From Spirogloea muscicola (Eukaryota), in the NCBI GenBank assembly GCA_009602725.1, contig WELB01000008.1:1123237-1166525 (forward strand): 43,289 nucleotides of DNA, in the 5' to 3' direction. Numbering within the stretch: the stretch's first letter is position 1; every line of letters starts with the position of its first letter. Below are positions 22,530 to 33,800 of this stretch, one piece after another. A model generated the notes under the pieces. That model searched no databases, was not told where the DNA came from, and saw only the letters and a list, made by a program, of their open reading frames with translations. The translations under genes were made by a program, and so were the position numbers.

Positions 22530-25447
22530 AGCGCCCTGGCTGCCTAGCCTGTGGCTCCGTCACGAACACCACAACCGCTCTTTTGATATCAGCAGCCGAA
22601 TTCTCTCCGCGCTTTCAATATCAGCAGCCGCATTCTGCCCACTCCGTCACTGCGCCCTCTCCGCCCCGCCGCCGCCACCCCCATCTCCTCCGCCGCCGTC
22701 ATCCTCGCCAGCGCAGCCCGAGCGCGTGGCGTGCCCACAATGTCCGCGGCTGTGCAAGTGCCCCCGCGGTCTCCTCTCGCACGCGCGCTTCTGCCCGGGG
22801 CGTGTCAGCCTCGCCGGCACGGCGCCCGCTGCGGCGCCCGCGGCTTGCGGCCCCATCGCCCCTGCCCCGGCAGCACCACCCCAGGAGCATATCACGTCGC
22901 CGCCGTCGCCGCCGCCACCGCAGCGTCCACCTCCGCCGAGCCAGCCACCCACCCCGCCCTCGCCGCCGCCTCCTCTGTCTGAACCTCTGCCGTGCACGCA
23001 CTGTCAGCGACCCTGGCAAACCCCGCGGGGTCGGACCCAGCACGAGCGCGCCTGCGCGCGGCGCGCCAGTTGGGCTGTGCTTCTGCAGCGGGCGGCAGCG
23101 GTGGTAGCCCAGGCCGGCGTGTCCCACCAGGGCCCACGCCATCCGGTCCTCACCACTGGCAATGGACTGCTGACCTTGACCTGGCCGCGGTTCCCCGGCA
23201 GGAGGCTCTCCTGCTCCTGCGCCATGTTCAGCGTTGGGCGCGCCCAAACCTGCGTCGCGCCCTCTGCCCTGTCTCGCAGCGCATCGTGGCGGACCACCGG
23301 GATGAGGCAGCCGGGAGGATTCTCATCCTTTTCCCTAGGCTGCTGCTTGGGCGCGCACCCTCCACGGCCACGGCCAGGGCCGCCAGCTCCTCTTTGACGG
23401 CATCTTCCTTTTGTAGAGCGGGTGGTGGGAGGCGCTTCTGGCGCAGCACGATGTCTCAGTGGCTGCGGCGGCAGCTGGTCGCCGCACTTCGCAGGCAGCC
23501 CCAATGCCAGACAGGGCGGCCAGTGTGCGCCACGCTCTTCGCTTCGGCCATGCAGGGGAGCTGTCGAGGGCCGTGCAGGCGCTGGACGATTTGGTGTTGG
23601 TGCCGCCGAGTGGGGACACGCAGCATGCCCTCTTGTCCCTCCATCCCCCGGCGTGCTCTCCCCTGCCATCGTGGTTGGCTTCCTACACACCGCAGGAGGA
23701 GGTGGTCCTCGATGCCGCAGCTCTCCGCAAGGCCCTGCAGAGCAGTCGGCGTGCAGCTGCGGGGGGCCCCTCGCGCATGCTTACAGAGCACCTGAGGGAG
23801 CTCTTCCTGGAGGGGGACGAGGCGGACTTTCGGTCGCTGCACCAGGTGTGTCAACACCTTGCCCAGGATCACGTCCCTGCCAGCATGCGCGGCTTGCACT
23901 GTGCCAGCACCCTGCTGTCCCTCAGCAGGCCAATGGAGCCGTCAGACCCATCACCGTAGGAGAGGTGCTATACTGTCTGGTGGGACGGACTCCGTGGCAA
24001 CAGCACGCAGGGCAGGCCCAGACACTCCTGGCGCGGCACCACTACGGCGCCGGCCTGCGGAGCGGCAGCGAAGCCGTTGTCCACGGGGTGCGGACCACCA
24101 TTGCCCTGCACCCTGAGTGGGTGGTGCTTGCGGTGGACGTCAGAACTGCGTCCAACTGCGTCGACCGCGCCGTTGTTACCGAGGAGCTGCGGGAGGCCTT
24201 CCCCACCCTGCTGCTGTTCTTCCAGCTGGGATACGCGCATTCATTGGGCCAGCGCGAAGTAGAGCCCCGCCAGTGGGTCCCCCTGCCGCATGCCCGTGGT
24301 GGACCTGAGGACCTCCACCCCGCAGGTTCCATTCCGCCAGAGGAGATCACTGGGCTGGCCATATCCCAGCCGATACGGCCAGCCCAGTGATCTACTCTGG
24401 AGGAATGGAACCTGCGGGGTTGAGGTCCTCAGGTTTACCACGGGCACGCGGCAGGGGGACGCACTGGCGGGGTTCTACTACGCGCTGGCCCACGACCGCG
24501 CTCTGAAGGCCACGGCAGCTGCACACCCGGGCGTTCTCATGCCCACGTACGCGGATGACACCACGCTGGTGGGGCAGCCTGCCGAGGTCGTGGCTGCCCT
24601 TGCCACCCTCGAGGAGCAATTGGGAAAGATTGGCCTGGGCATCCGTGCGGAGAAATGCAGTGTCTGGTCCTTGAAGGGCCTGCCAGCCCTCCTAAGCCTG
24701 CCCTCTGGCTGTCAGACACCAGCTGAGGTCCTCTCCCTCCTTGGGGTCCCCTTAGGCTCACCAGCCTCTGTGGTGGATCAGCTGCAGACACGGCTGCGGG
24801 CATCTCCAGCCGGCGGACCGCCTGCAAGAGCTTCAAGACATGCAGCTGGCGCTCACCATGCTCACGAGGTGCATCGCACAGTCGGGGCCGCACTACCTGG
24901 CTAGCGCCCTCCCTCCCTCCCTGACGGCGAAGGCGGCGTACGCATTCTCTGACATCGACATCCTGGCGAGCGCGGCCACCCTCATCTAGCACCCGGACTT
25001 CTGCACCTCGCCAGCCGCCCTGCTGCAGGCTAGCCTGCCAATCAGCCATGGCGGCTTGGGCTCTGCCCACTTGCCCGCGCCTGTGAGGAGGCATACCTAG
25101 GCAGCTGGGCACAGGTCGCCGCCCCCGTATGCCAGCGCTTCCTCGTCCACGGCAACCGCGCCTTGGAGCGGGCGGCAGCTGCTCTTTCCGGTGCTCCCTG
25201 GCTAATGCAGTCCATTTGGGGAGCAAGCCGCGCTAAGGCTGCTGCATCTGGGTCTAGGCGGAGTGCCTCTTTCCCAGCTGCGAGTTACTCCGACTTGCTG
25301 CTGCTCACTCGTGGTTACTAAGCTTCCATCTGTGGTAGTCTCGTGGCTAGCTGTGTGGTCTTAGCCACCTTTTGGCTCTTTGGACCTTGTCCATACTTTT
25401 GGGCTGGCCTTTCCCAGCCCCTACCTTCTGTGGGCGAGCATTCTCTT
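22530..25447 (+). mobile_element. Decayed long CRE-like non-LTR retrotransposon (N-terminal zinc fingers, RT, thumb; frameshifted; REL region missing)
   Basis: Two zinc fingers, CPQC...GLLSHARFC and CTHC...GRTQHERAC. RT motifs lie across frames: GELSRAVQAL, AAGGPSRMLTEHLREL, GAVRPITVGEVLYCLVGR, YGAGLRSGSEAVVH, VLAVDVRTASNCVDR, GTRQGDAL, TYADDTTL, GLGIRAEKC, LLGVPLG, QASLPISHGGLG. Ends LLLTRGY* (25318-25321 region) plus tail to about 25447. Confidence 0.9.
24245..24492. repeat. 121-bp-arm inverted duplication (hairpin) inside the RT domain
   Basis: 24245-24365 is the reverse complement of 24372-24492, with 10 mismatches counted by hand and a 6-nt spacer. Confidence 0.95.
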
Positions 25448-25449
25448 TT

Positions 25450-25640
25450 AAGCTTAGTAACCACGAGTGAGCAGCAGCAAGCCGGAGTGAATCGCAAATA
25501 GGAAAGAGGCACTTCGCCTAGACCCAGATGCAGCAGCCATAGCGCGGCCTGGTCGCAAGTAGACTGCGTGAGCCAGGGAGCGCTGGAAGACACTGACAGC
25601 CGCAAGCGGAAGACCTGGCCATTGATGGCGGCTACGGACC
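25450..25640 (-). mobile_element. CRE-like 3' ORF fragment inverted against the preceding copy
   Basis: The minus strand encodes ...QRSLAHAVYLRPGRAMAAASGSRRSASF...LLLLTRGY*. 25450-25548 mirrors 25227-25325. Confidence 0.85.
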
Positions 25641-25689
25641 GAAGTGGTCTGCATTCCTCCATCGCCTGGCACATTCGCCTCTTCTCAAC

Positions 25690-27040
25690 AGTTGGCCTCC
25701 CTTTCCGTTTCAGCCAGCGCTTTTGGCCCCTTTGAACCTTGTCAATTCTTTACGGGCTGGCTTTTCACATTGCCGATGTTGTCACCACTGATGTGGTGGA
25801 TCAATCCAATCCGCAGCTTTCTGCCTCGAGGGCTGGCCATGCTGCGGCGAACGCCGCTCACAGCATGGCTGCGAAGCACGCAGACCACGCGGCTGAGGAC
25901 GAGTTCGTACCCCTGGCCGTGGATGTGCACAGGGCTCTCGGGTCCCAGTGACTCGACCTGCTCGCCAGGCTTGAGCGGCGCGCTGTGTCCCGCAGGCAAG
26001 GTTAGCATGCCGACTTCAACGCCGCTGGCTCGTTAGCTCAGGTCTACCGCATGCGCCTTTCATTTCCCTCCAGCGCGCCTTCCCTCCAGCGGCCACGGCC
26101 CACGCCCTCGGGACGCCCTGGCGGGCTTGATGCGCGACGCCGGCTACCGCGCCATCGTGGAAGTAAGCAATGTACTGCCCATCACCACGGATTCCCAGGG
26201 ACGCCATCACCGTCGCACCCTTGACATTTGTGGGTGTACAACCTGGCGGAAGCCCACGAGCCTTGGTTGATGTGGTGGTGACTGAGGCATACAAGAGTTC
26301 CGCTTCCACACACATTGCTGGCCACGCAGTGGGGGGCGCTGAGCAGAGAAAGCTCCGACACTACTCTGTCTACCCCCGCAGTGACCTCCTCCTCCCGACC
26401 GCAATCGACACTGTCGGCTGCTTGGGTCCTCGCTTCCATACTCTACTTGAGAACATAGCGAGTCTGGGATATGCACGACGCAAGGATATGCTTCCAGCCC
26501 AGATGGGTATGCCTGCAGTCTATCTGTCATTTTTTCAACGTCGAGTGTCAGCTTGTCTGCAGCGAGCTCAGGCTCATGCGTTGCATCAGAAAGCTGGTCG
26601 AGCCTTAGCTGGTCGTTCAAGAGCTTGTCGATTGCCGTCCGGTATTCGAGCATCAGTTAGCGACCTCTATGTGCTGACTCGTGGTTACTGAGCGGGTCAG
26701 CTTAGCAGCAGGTGACGTACATTTGTCAATGTGCTTGCCATTGTACTTGGCCACACATGGCCTCCCCATCTCTTAATATACACGCATTTTCCCCTGCACC
26801 TGCGGGCTGGCCGTGCTCTCGCGGCAGCCTCTTTCGTCAGGGGGTTTGCTTTCCGGCTGCTAGTCTTTTGGATTTGCGGCTTCTCACTCGTGGTTCTCAT
26901 CATACCCCAGTTTTGAGCCAACGCTTTTGGCCCCTTAGAACCTTGTCTGTTCTTTTCGGGCTGGCTTTTTCACAGCCCTTGTCCCCTTTATTGAATTGGC
27001 CTCCCTTTCAATTCATGCGCCCCGCGCGCCTTCTCTCCCC
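25690..27040 (+). mobile_element. Head-to-tail array of three 5'-truncated CRE-like copies (A, C, A) and tails
   Basis: Tail 25690-25768 | body IADVVTTDVV...AAKHADH..DEFVPLAVDVH (25769-26085) | subfamily C RDALAGLMRDAGYRAIVE...RRTLDI...ALVDVVV...AEQRKLRHY...LPTAIDTVGCLG...LYVLTRGY* (26086-26691) with tail to 26790 | body LHLRAGRAL...LRLLTRGS (26791-26900) with tails to 27037. Confidence 0.85.
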
Positions 27041-27631
27041 CCCTTTTCACGAAAAGGTCGAGGTCGAGGTCGGAACATCACGGATGACCAATACGTGGCG
27101 GAGGTCGCCGGGCGCCCAGCCGCCACACCAGCAGCATGTGCGGAGATTCGGCGGAAACGTGCGACAGCGGAGCGCCAGCTCGGCGCTCCGCCTGCCGCAA
27201 GGCGGGAGCAGGTGCGCGCCGCGGTGGTGGACGAGAAGAGAAGCAAGGCAACTGCTCCCACTCCCACTGCTTGCGACTGGCTTACCGAGCGCAGGCGGCC
27301 CGGGCAGGGCGGGCGCGCCCGCTCTGGCGCCGCCGCCGGCGGTGGCACGCGGACGCGCAAGCGCAAGCCACTGCGAGCGTGCTGCACGAGCACTGCCGGC
27401 TGCAGAGATTCCGCAGCCACTTGCGACCTGCCTTCTTCGACGCAACCTCCAACCTGCAAGCTCGCGCTGCGAGGAGAACAACAGCGGCAGTGCGTCAACG
27501 CTGGCGCTCGCATGGGGGTGCAACTGCGGGTGGCTGCCACAAGCGCTGCACCGCGTACGCCGAGGGCATAGCGGGCACGCCGCCAAACAAGCCCGCCATG
27601 AGTTGCTGACTCATCCTGTGCCTGCAGGGAC

Positions 27632-27935
27632 TTTGCAGGCGGCTGGACCGGCATTCAGTTGCACCGCCGATTCCTGAACTCAAGCAAAGAGCACTGCAGC
27701 TCTCCCAGGTGGGTTTGCACGCGTTGTGTCGACAGTGTGCAAGCTTTTTCGAGCGTGCCAAGTCATGCCCGCCCGTCCGTTGCTGAGCCAACTTGTGGCT
27801 GGATGGATTTTGCAGGCGGCTGGACCGGCCTTCAGTTGCACCGCCGATTCCTGAACTCAAGCAAAGAGCACTGCCGCTCTCCCAGGTACTATTGCACGCA
27901 TTGTGTCGACAATTTGCAAGCTTTGCGGGCGTGCC
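27632..27935 (+). repeat. Imperfect direct repeat with 177-bp period, each unit containing an exon-like 70-bp segment
   Basis: tttgcaggcggctggaccggc...gagcactgc.gctctcccaggt...tgtgtcgaca..tgcaagcttt starts at 27632 and again at 27809. Confidence 0.85.
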
Positions 27936-28775
27936 GAGGGTTGAGGAGATGACCCCGAGCTGACCAGGTCGTCGTCCCCGCCTGCACCCGAGCACCAAGG
28001 CAGGCGCATCGCCATGGCTTCCCCGCCTCTTGCTGCGCGGGGGAGCTCGGCCCTGGGAGGGTGGCCAGGCGGGGGATGCCAGGCGGGGGAGCGCACAGGC
28101 GGGAGGAGCGCAGAGAAAAGTGTGCGCAGAGAGGGCAGGCGGGCGAGGAGCCCCTCCTCCCTCCCTCCTCCCTCATCGAACTTCGAATCGACACATTTTG
28201 GCGCGGGGGCGCGCGTGTGCGTGGCAGCCGTCGATTGGCTCCGCCGCCATCCTCCGAAAGGAGCGTTCCGTAACCGGGGTTCTACCCCCGTACGAAATCC
28301 GCGCGCTCCCCCCGCAAACGGCGAGCCACGGTGTCAAACGGGGGGCCAGAGTGGCAAACGGCGGGCCGCGTCATCGCTTCACGTGCGCTGGCGTGGAGGG
28401 GTGGATGACCGGCGCGCGACCTCCCAGTGAAACGGGTCATTTCCACTCAGCGCGCGACACCTCAGCATGACCTCGACCTCGACCCCGTCCCCGACCGCCG
28501 TGGGAACACCACGTCTCTCTTTGGGAGTGCCACTACTCCATACGGAAAGTCCGAGTAGAGTCAACCGTGTAGCAATGGCTGTGGGAGGCCATCCCAAACG
28601 AGCGTCCGGAGGGATTGGCGAAGACGGCGGGAAGCCACCACTCCGCATCAAACCGAACGGCCCCGCCGTCTCTAAGGCGCCCGCTGCGTCGGGCAGCACC
28701 CCCCCCCCTGCCGCCGCCGCCGCCGCCGGCGCCGCGAATCCCGCCGCGCGCGCCAGGCTGTGCCTCCGGCGCGGC

Positions 28776-30083
28776 ATGACCAGGATCGCGCTGGGTCACG
28801 AGGAGCCGTCNGCGCGCCGCCGCACCGCCTCGCCGAGGCCGAGTCGCCGCTGGCGGTGACCTCCGGCGGCTGCTGCCCGACCGGCCAGGACGGCGGTGGA
28901 GCGCCACTGCCCCGGGGGGCTGCGGGCGAGCTGGACATGGAGCTCCTGGAGTGCCCCGTGTGCCTGGAGGCCCTCCGCGGCCGCTTGTTCCAGGTGAGCG
29001 GCGGCGGCCCTGCCTGCCGGCTCAGGCAGAGTGGCGGCAAGCGGTCGGTGGCCAGCCTAGAGTCTTCGGCAGCTCCGAGGTCCACGAGTGGGAAGTGGGA
29101 TCGCCGCACGTTAAGAAGGCTCCGAAAGAGTGGTGTGTGAATATGCTTGTCCACTGTACGCTTCGAAAGAGTCAGCCACTCTCGCGCCCATCAACGCCCA
29201 TCACTGCGGCTGCGGTTTCAGCCCTCGTCTTCGGCGCAGCCGCTGCCGCCATGGCCTGAACAGAATGGTCATCTGGTCATCTGGTCATCGGGTCATCAAG
29301 TCATCGGGTAATGGTGCACCTCACACTCCATGCATTGGAGTGCAGTGCGGGAATGGGCACGTGCTCTGCGAGCAATGCCTGGCCAACGTGGCTGCATGCC
29401 CCACCTGCAAGCTGCCCCTGAGTGCGCCCGTCCGCAACCTCGCCCTCGAGCACATTGTCGATGCGGTGCGAGTGTCCTGCAGCCATCGCCCGGGAGGCTG
29501 CTCCGCAAGGCTGCGCGCGTATGAGCTGGAAGAGCACATGATCCGAGCTTGCGACCACCGTCCAGTGCCCTGCCCAGCCTGCGGCGCCCAGGTCTGGCCG
29601 CAGGAGCTCGGACAGCACCTCCTTCACGAGCACGCTGCTCGTTGCGCCGAACGCCTACTGAACGGGGGCTCCTTTGCTGGGAGCATTGCGGGGTTTGACT
29701 TCATTGTCTTTGGGTATTGCGTCCACCTCGGGCAGCAGCTGCTCCATCTCGATCGCAGCCTTGATCACTTGATAGTTGCCTACCTCTCAACCACCAAGAG
29801 CCCCAACAAGCTGGAGGATCACACCTACACACTCTCCATCCAAAGCAACACTGCAGCGTCAACAATCGGACTGGCTTCAGAGCCAGCAGGCCCGTCAAAG
29901 CCAGCTCTGAAGCTCAGCATGGAGGGCGCATTGCTGCACAGCCTCAGGGCCGACACCCAAGTCCGGCATGCGCAGGGAGTCCTGCTGTTTCCAGACCTGC
30001 CCTGCTTCACACAGTCAATGGACATCTGGGCGCAAAGTGTCGGCTGCCTCGCTCCCCAGGATGCTGACATCTTGCAGGGCTAG
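28776..30083 (+). CDS. SINA/SIAH-like RING E3 ubiquitin ligase
   Basis: Exon 1 ends at 28993 (ELLECPVCLEALRGRLFQ|gtgagc). Exon 2 is 29346-30083 (CGNGHVLCEQC...CPTC, VRNLALEHIV, SIAH-type zinc fingers CSHRPGGC...EEHMIRAC and CPAC...HLLHEH). The ATG at 28776 is tentative because an ambiguous n at 28811 breaks the frame. Confidence 0.85.
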
Positions 30084-30879
30084 CAAATGAGCAAGTGTGA
30101 CGGAACTGCATGTATGAAGTCCAGTCACCACATCCTAAATTTGTAGGTAACACTGTACAGATCTATAATGGAAGGAACTTTATCACTTGTAGACTTACCG
30201 AATATTATTGGTAAAAATGAGTGAGACAGGTTTCCTTGGCTCAGGCCAGTATCAGCTACGTGGCTCCTGGCACGCTCCAACTCTTTGAAGAATTTGGGCC
30301 ACCCTCGCATAAACCTCCGTAGGGTCTAGATGTCGAGAGCCTCCCATGTCCAGCTCCACAGGTGTCACAATTTCATGCCCCAAATTCCTTCCCTCCCCTA
30401 CTGAGTCAAGTTGGGACTCTTGAGACAGAAGTTGGTGCGTGGTCAGCAGAATGCTGGGGGTAAGGATGCAGTACAACCAGCCTACGACTGCACCACTAGC
30501 ATACAGAGCTCCATCACGAGAACAACATTGTGTCAGGGTACGCAGGGTGTCGGCAATTATTTGCAGGGTAGTGGTAATGTGCATGCAGTAGCTATACTAT
30601 ACTTTTATTGCAGCTTGCTACATGTGGGCAGTAACATGCTGCATGTGAAGATAGCTCAACTGCATGTGCCAAATTGCTCAACTGCATGTGCCAAGGTGCA
30701 CGATTGCAAAAATCACTGCATCTTTTGTTAGGGCGCCTGGTGGAGAAGCTGCTTGCAATAGATCGGTAAACATATCAGGCCAGGCCTTAAATAACAAGAT
30801 CCCTCCCTCAAGCACATTGAGTCATGAGTGAGTGATCAGAGTGCTCAGGAGCCCCTTCAAGGTGCCCCTGCAGCTGCAG

Positions 30880-33800
30880 TCAATGTCTGCTGGACCTCGT
30901 GACGCGGCGGAAAACTTGAGAGCTCTCCCCTGTGGTAACATCACTCGCTGCGCCTGCTTGAGCATCCCTGCGTGGCCGCAAGAAGCGCAGCGCCTGGCTC
31001 TGCCGCTCCAGCTTGCGAGCACCCCCGCTTCCTGCATCCCCATGTCCTGGCCTTTCATCGTTTCCGTCCTCGCTCTGACATGCCTCTCGTGGCAGCCTAC
31101 ATTCTTTGCCAATGTTGCTCGCCGCATCCTTCACTGGCTTTCTGAAGAGCTCACCGCCACCTTGCTTGCTGCAGTCTGAGCACAGCCAAGAGACGCAGTT
31201 GCGGTGGGGTGCCACCCCAAGCCCGCAGCTGGAGCAAGCGCCCCCCTCTTTGCTGGAGTTTGCAACCTCGTCGCTTGGCGCTCTGTTGATTGCAGACATG
31301 CTCTTGGACTGCATTGGCACTTGGTTATGAGTTAGTTGGTCACTGATGTAATGGGCTCTGCCGATGTTGTCAGACCTCACTCACAAGTTTTCATGTTCGA
31401 GGTAAACGACCAGCAATGGCGAGAGCAAACACATGCACATGCACACATGAACCTGATACCTTCTTCTTGCTCCTCGTCAACCTCTTCATCGTGTCAGCCC
31501 CATCCAGCTCCTCATCCATCTCCTCTCCAGAGGTGTCTGAAGCCCCCTCCTTATCCCTCTGCCTGCTGTACCCATCCTCGTCCTTGTCCACTGAGCTCTC
31601 CTCCTCCTTGGGCTGCGTAGCCGGTGGTCGTTGAGCCAGCAATGCGATTGAGGCCGAGCGTTTCACTCCCCTCTTCTTGCTGACACTCGCAGCAGACCCC
31701 CACAATACCTCGCATCGCTCCCTGCACTTGGAAGCAGTGTGCCCTGTAAGTATTGCCTTGCCATATGCTCACAAGAATGCAGTCCAGCATGGCAACCTTG
31801 GTGCAGGCTTTGCCAGGCATGGACAAGCTAGCAAGCTCTATCATAAAGATCAAGCAGGACAGCATGGCACCGAGCCTCGTACCACAGGGAAGAGACTGCG
31901 TATGCAAGCCTTGAGAACGTCCTGGCCTCCTCCACCTCCCTCCTCCATAGCTTCCGAGCACGAGCTGTTTTCCACAACCCTTTCAGGCCCTTCCCATCCC
32001 TTGTACCTGCCACCTCCTCCTCGTCCTCCAGCTCGCTCAGCGTCATCGCCTCGCCTGCTTCCTCACCCTCCTCGTCGTCAGTGTCTGCCTCCACTGTTCC
32101 GTCGGCCCCTCGATTGGGCACAGATTCGGCACTGCCTGACGTCGCCGAAGCTGACTCGCAGACAAGCCCCTCAAGCTTGAGGAGCACAGCCGCATGCTCT
32201 TCCAGAGTCGCGGCTGCATCGATTCTGGGATGCAGATCGTGCAGGCTGTGGGCCTCAAGGCAGTCGGCAAAGGCACGGAGCTTGCTGACAAAGCCGGCTT
32301 CGAAGGACAGTGCTAAGCCACTGTCCCTGCTGGTGGAGCCCTCCTGTTTGCTTGGCGGCTCCCCGCCAAGCTCTCGGAGCAGGTTGCATGGCCCCTCCAC
32401 CGCTGGCCCAAGTTCCCCTCTCAGCTTCTCGCCCCGCCGCATGCTCTGCTTGATCTGCTTGTGAACCCGCAGGAGCGCTTCCTTGAGGGCCATCTCTCGC
32501 ACACCCTTCTCATTCAGCGCTGCCAGCAGTGCCGTCAACTCCTCCCTGGTGTCGTAGCCCTTCCACGTGCCACGAGGCCCATCGCCTGCGGCCTGCGTCG
32601 GCTCCCTCGCCTCTTCGACAAAGAGCACGCTGCGATCTGCGGCGAACGACCAGTACCGGTTGTGGTGCCGATCCCACCCAATTGGGTCCGCGCCGAGGGT
32701 CAGCTTTCCCAGCTCTTTCTCACAAGCCTCGTCCCTCTTTCTGCGCACCTCATCGTCTGCTCTCATCTGGGCCTCTTTCTGAACACAGGCATGAATGAAT
32801 ACAGGGATGCTGGTCACGTGCAAAGATTTTCATGACAGCAAGGGCTCTAAGTACTGACGGCTTCTAACCATCATGTCATGTACTGAGGGAAATGAGATCA
32901 AACTCAAAGCAGCAGCCATGGGAGGAAGTCAGAGGAGGAGGCCCCCACACCTTCCTCCTCTCCGTGGCCTTCGCTCGCTTTGCAATCTTGGACTCATCAA
33001 GGATTGCCTTGCGAGCCTGCTCCCGCTTCTTCCTCCACTCAACCTTCAAACTGCAGGGTATATATAAAAGTGCTGCCAATTGATCAGCCTACGCGTGTGC
33101 TGAAGTTGCACATATAGAAGAGCACGAGAGGAATGCAATCAGTCCAGACCAAACAATTCTGAGGGTGCCACGAAAGTACCTGTGAAGGCGCTCCTCCTCC
33201 TTCCGCACCATGTCCCGGTGCGCCAGCACCGCCCTCCGATCCTGTGGGTCACCTCCAAAGACCTTGACGTCCTCGGGCAGCTTGAAGGCGAGCTCGTCGT
33301 CCTCCTCATCGTCCTCAATCCCGTCTGCATCCTCTTCAAGCAGGGAGCCCGCCTTGCCTCCAGTGCCATCCTCGTCCTGCTTCTCCTCCTCCTCCTCTTC
33401 CGCGTCCTCCTTGTCTGCCTCGTCCTCCTCCTGCCCATCCTTCGGCATCGGCTGCCGCTTTTCTGGCACCGGCTCCGAATTTCTGGCAGCCCCTACCACC
33501 TTGCGCTCCTCCTTCAGCCGCCGCGTCTCCTCGTTGCGCTGTCTCCGCAGCTCCACATCCTCCATGTACCGCTGCCGCCGCAGGTCAGCGGCGGCCTCCA
33601 GGTTCTGCTCCAGAAAGTCCTTGGTGCTCTCCGCTTCCAGGTAGTCGTTGCACAGGCACCGGATGATCTCCAGCTGCACCGCGGGCCGGATGTTGTGGAT
33701 GTCCATCATCCCGAGGGCATCCACTGACTGCTTCAACGTCTCTGGCAAGTGTCGGTACCCCCGCACGAGATACCTGCGATTACGCATGTGTGGAGCTGGC

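Noticed and set aside
22526..22660. 5' HDV-like ribozyme of the long retroelement
   Set aside because: I could not fit the nested double-pseudoknot core by eye. Only a short atatcagcagccg duplication is evident. An Infernal/RNArobo search would be needed.
26712..27677. 321-aa and overlapping GC-rich ORFs
   Set aside because: They cross element tails and low-complexity GC-rich DNA that is open in several frames, and no recognisable domain is present.
29264..29312. (GGTCATCT)-like 8-mer tandem in the SINA intron
   Set aside because: A short degenerate minisatellite with no evidence of function.
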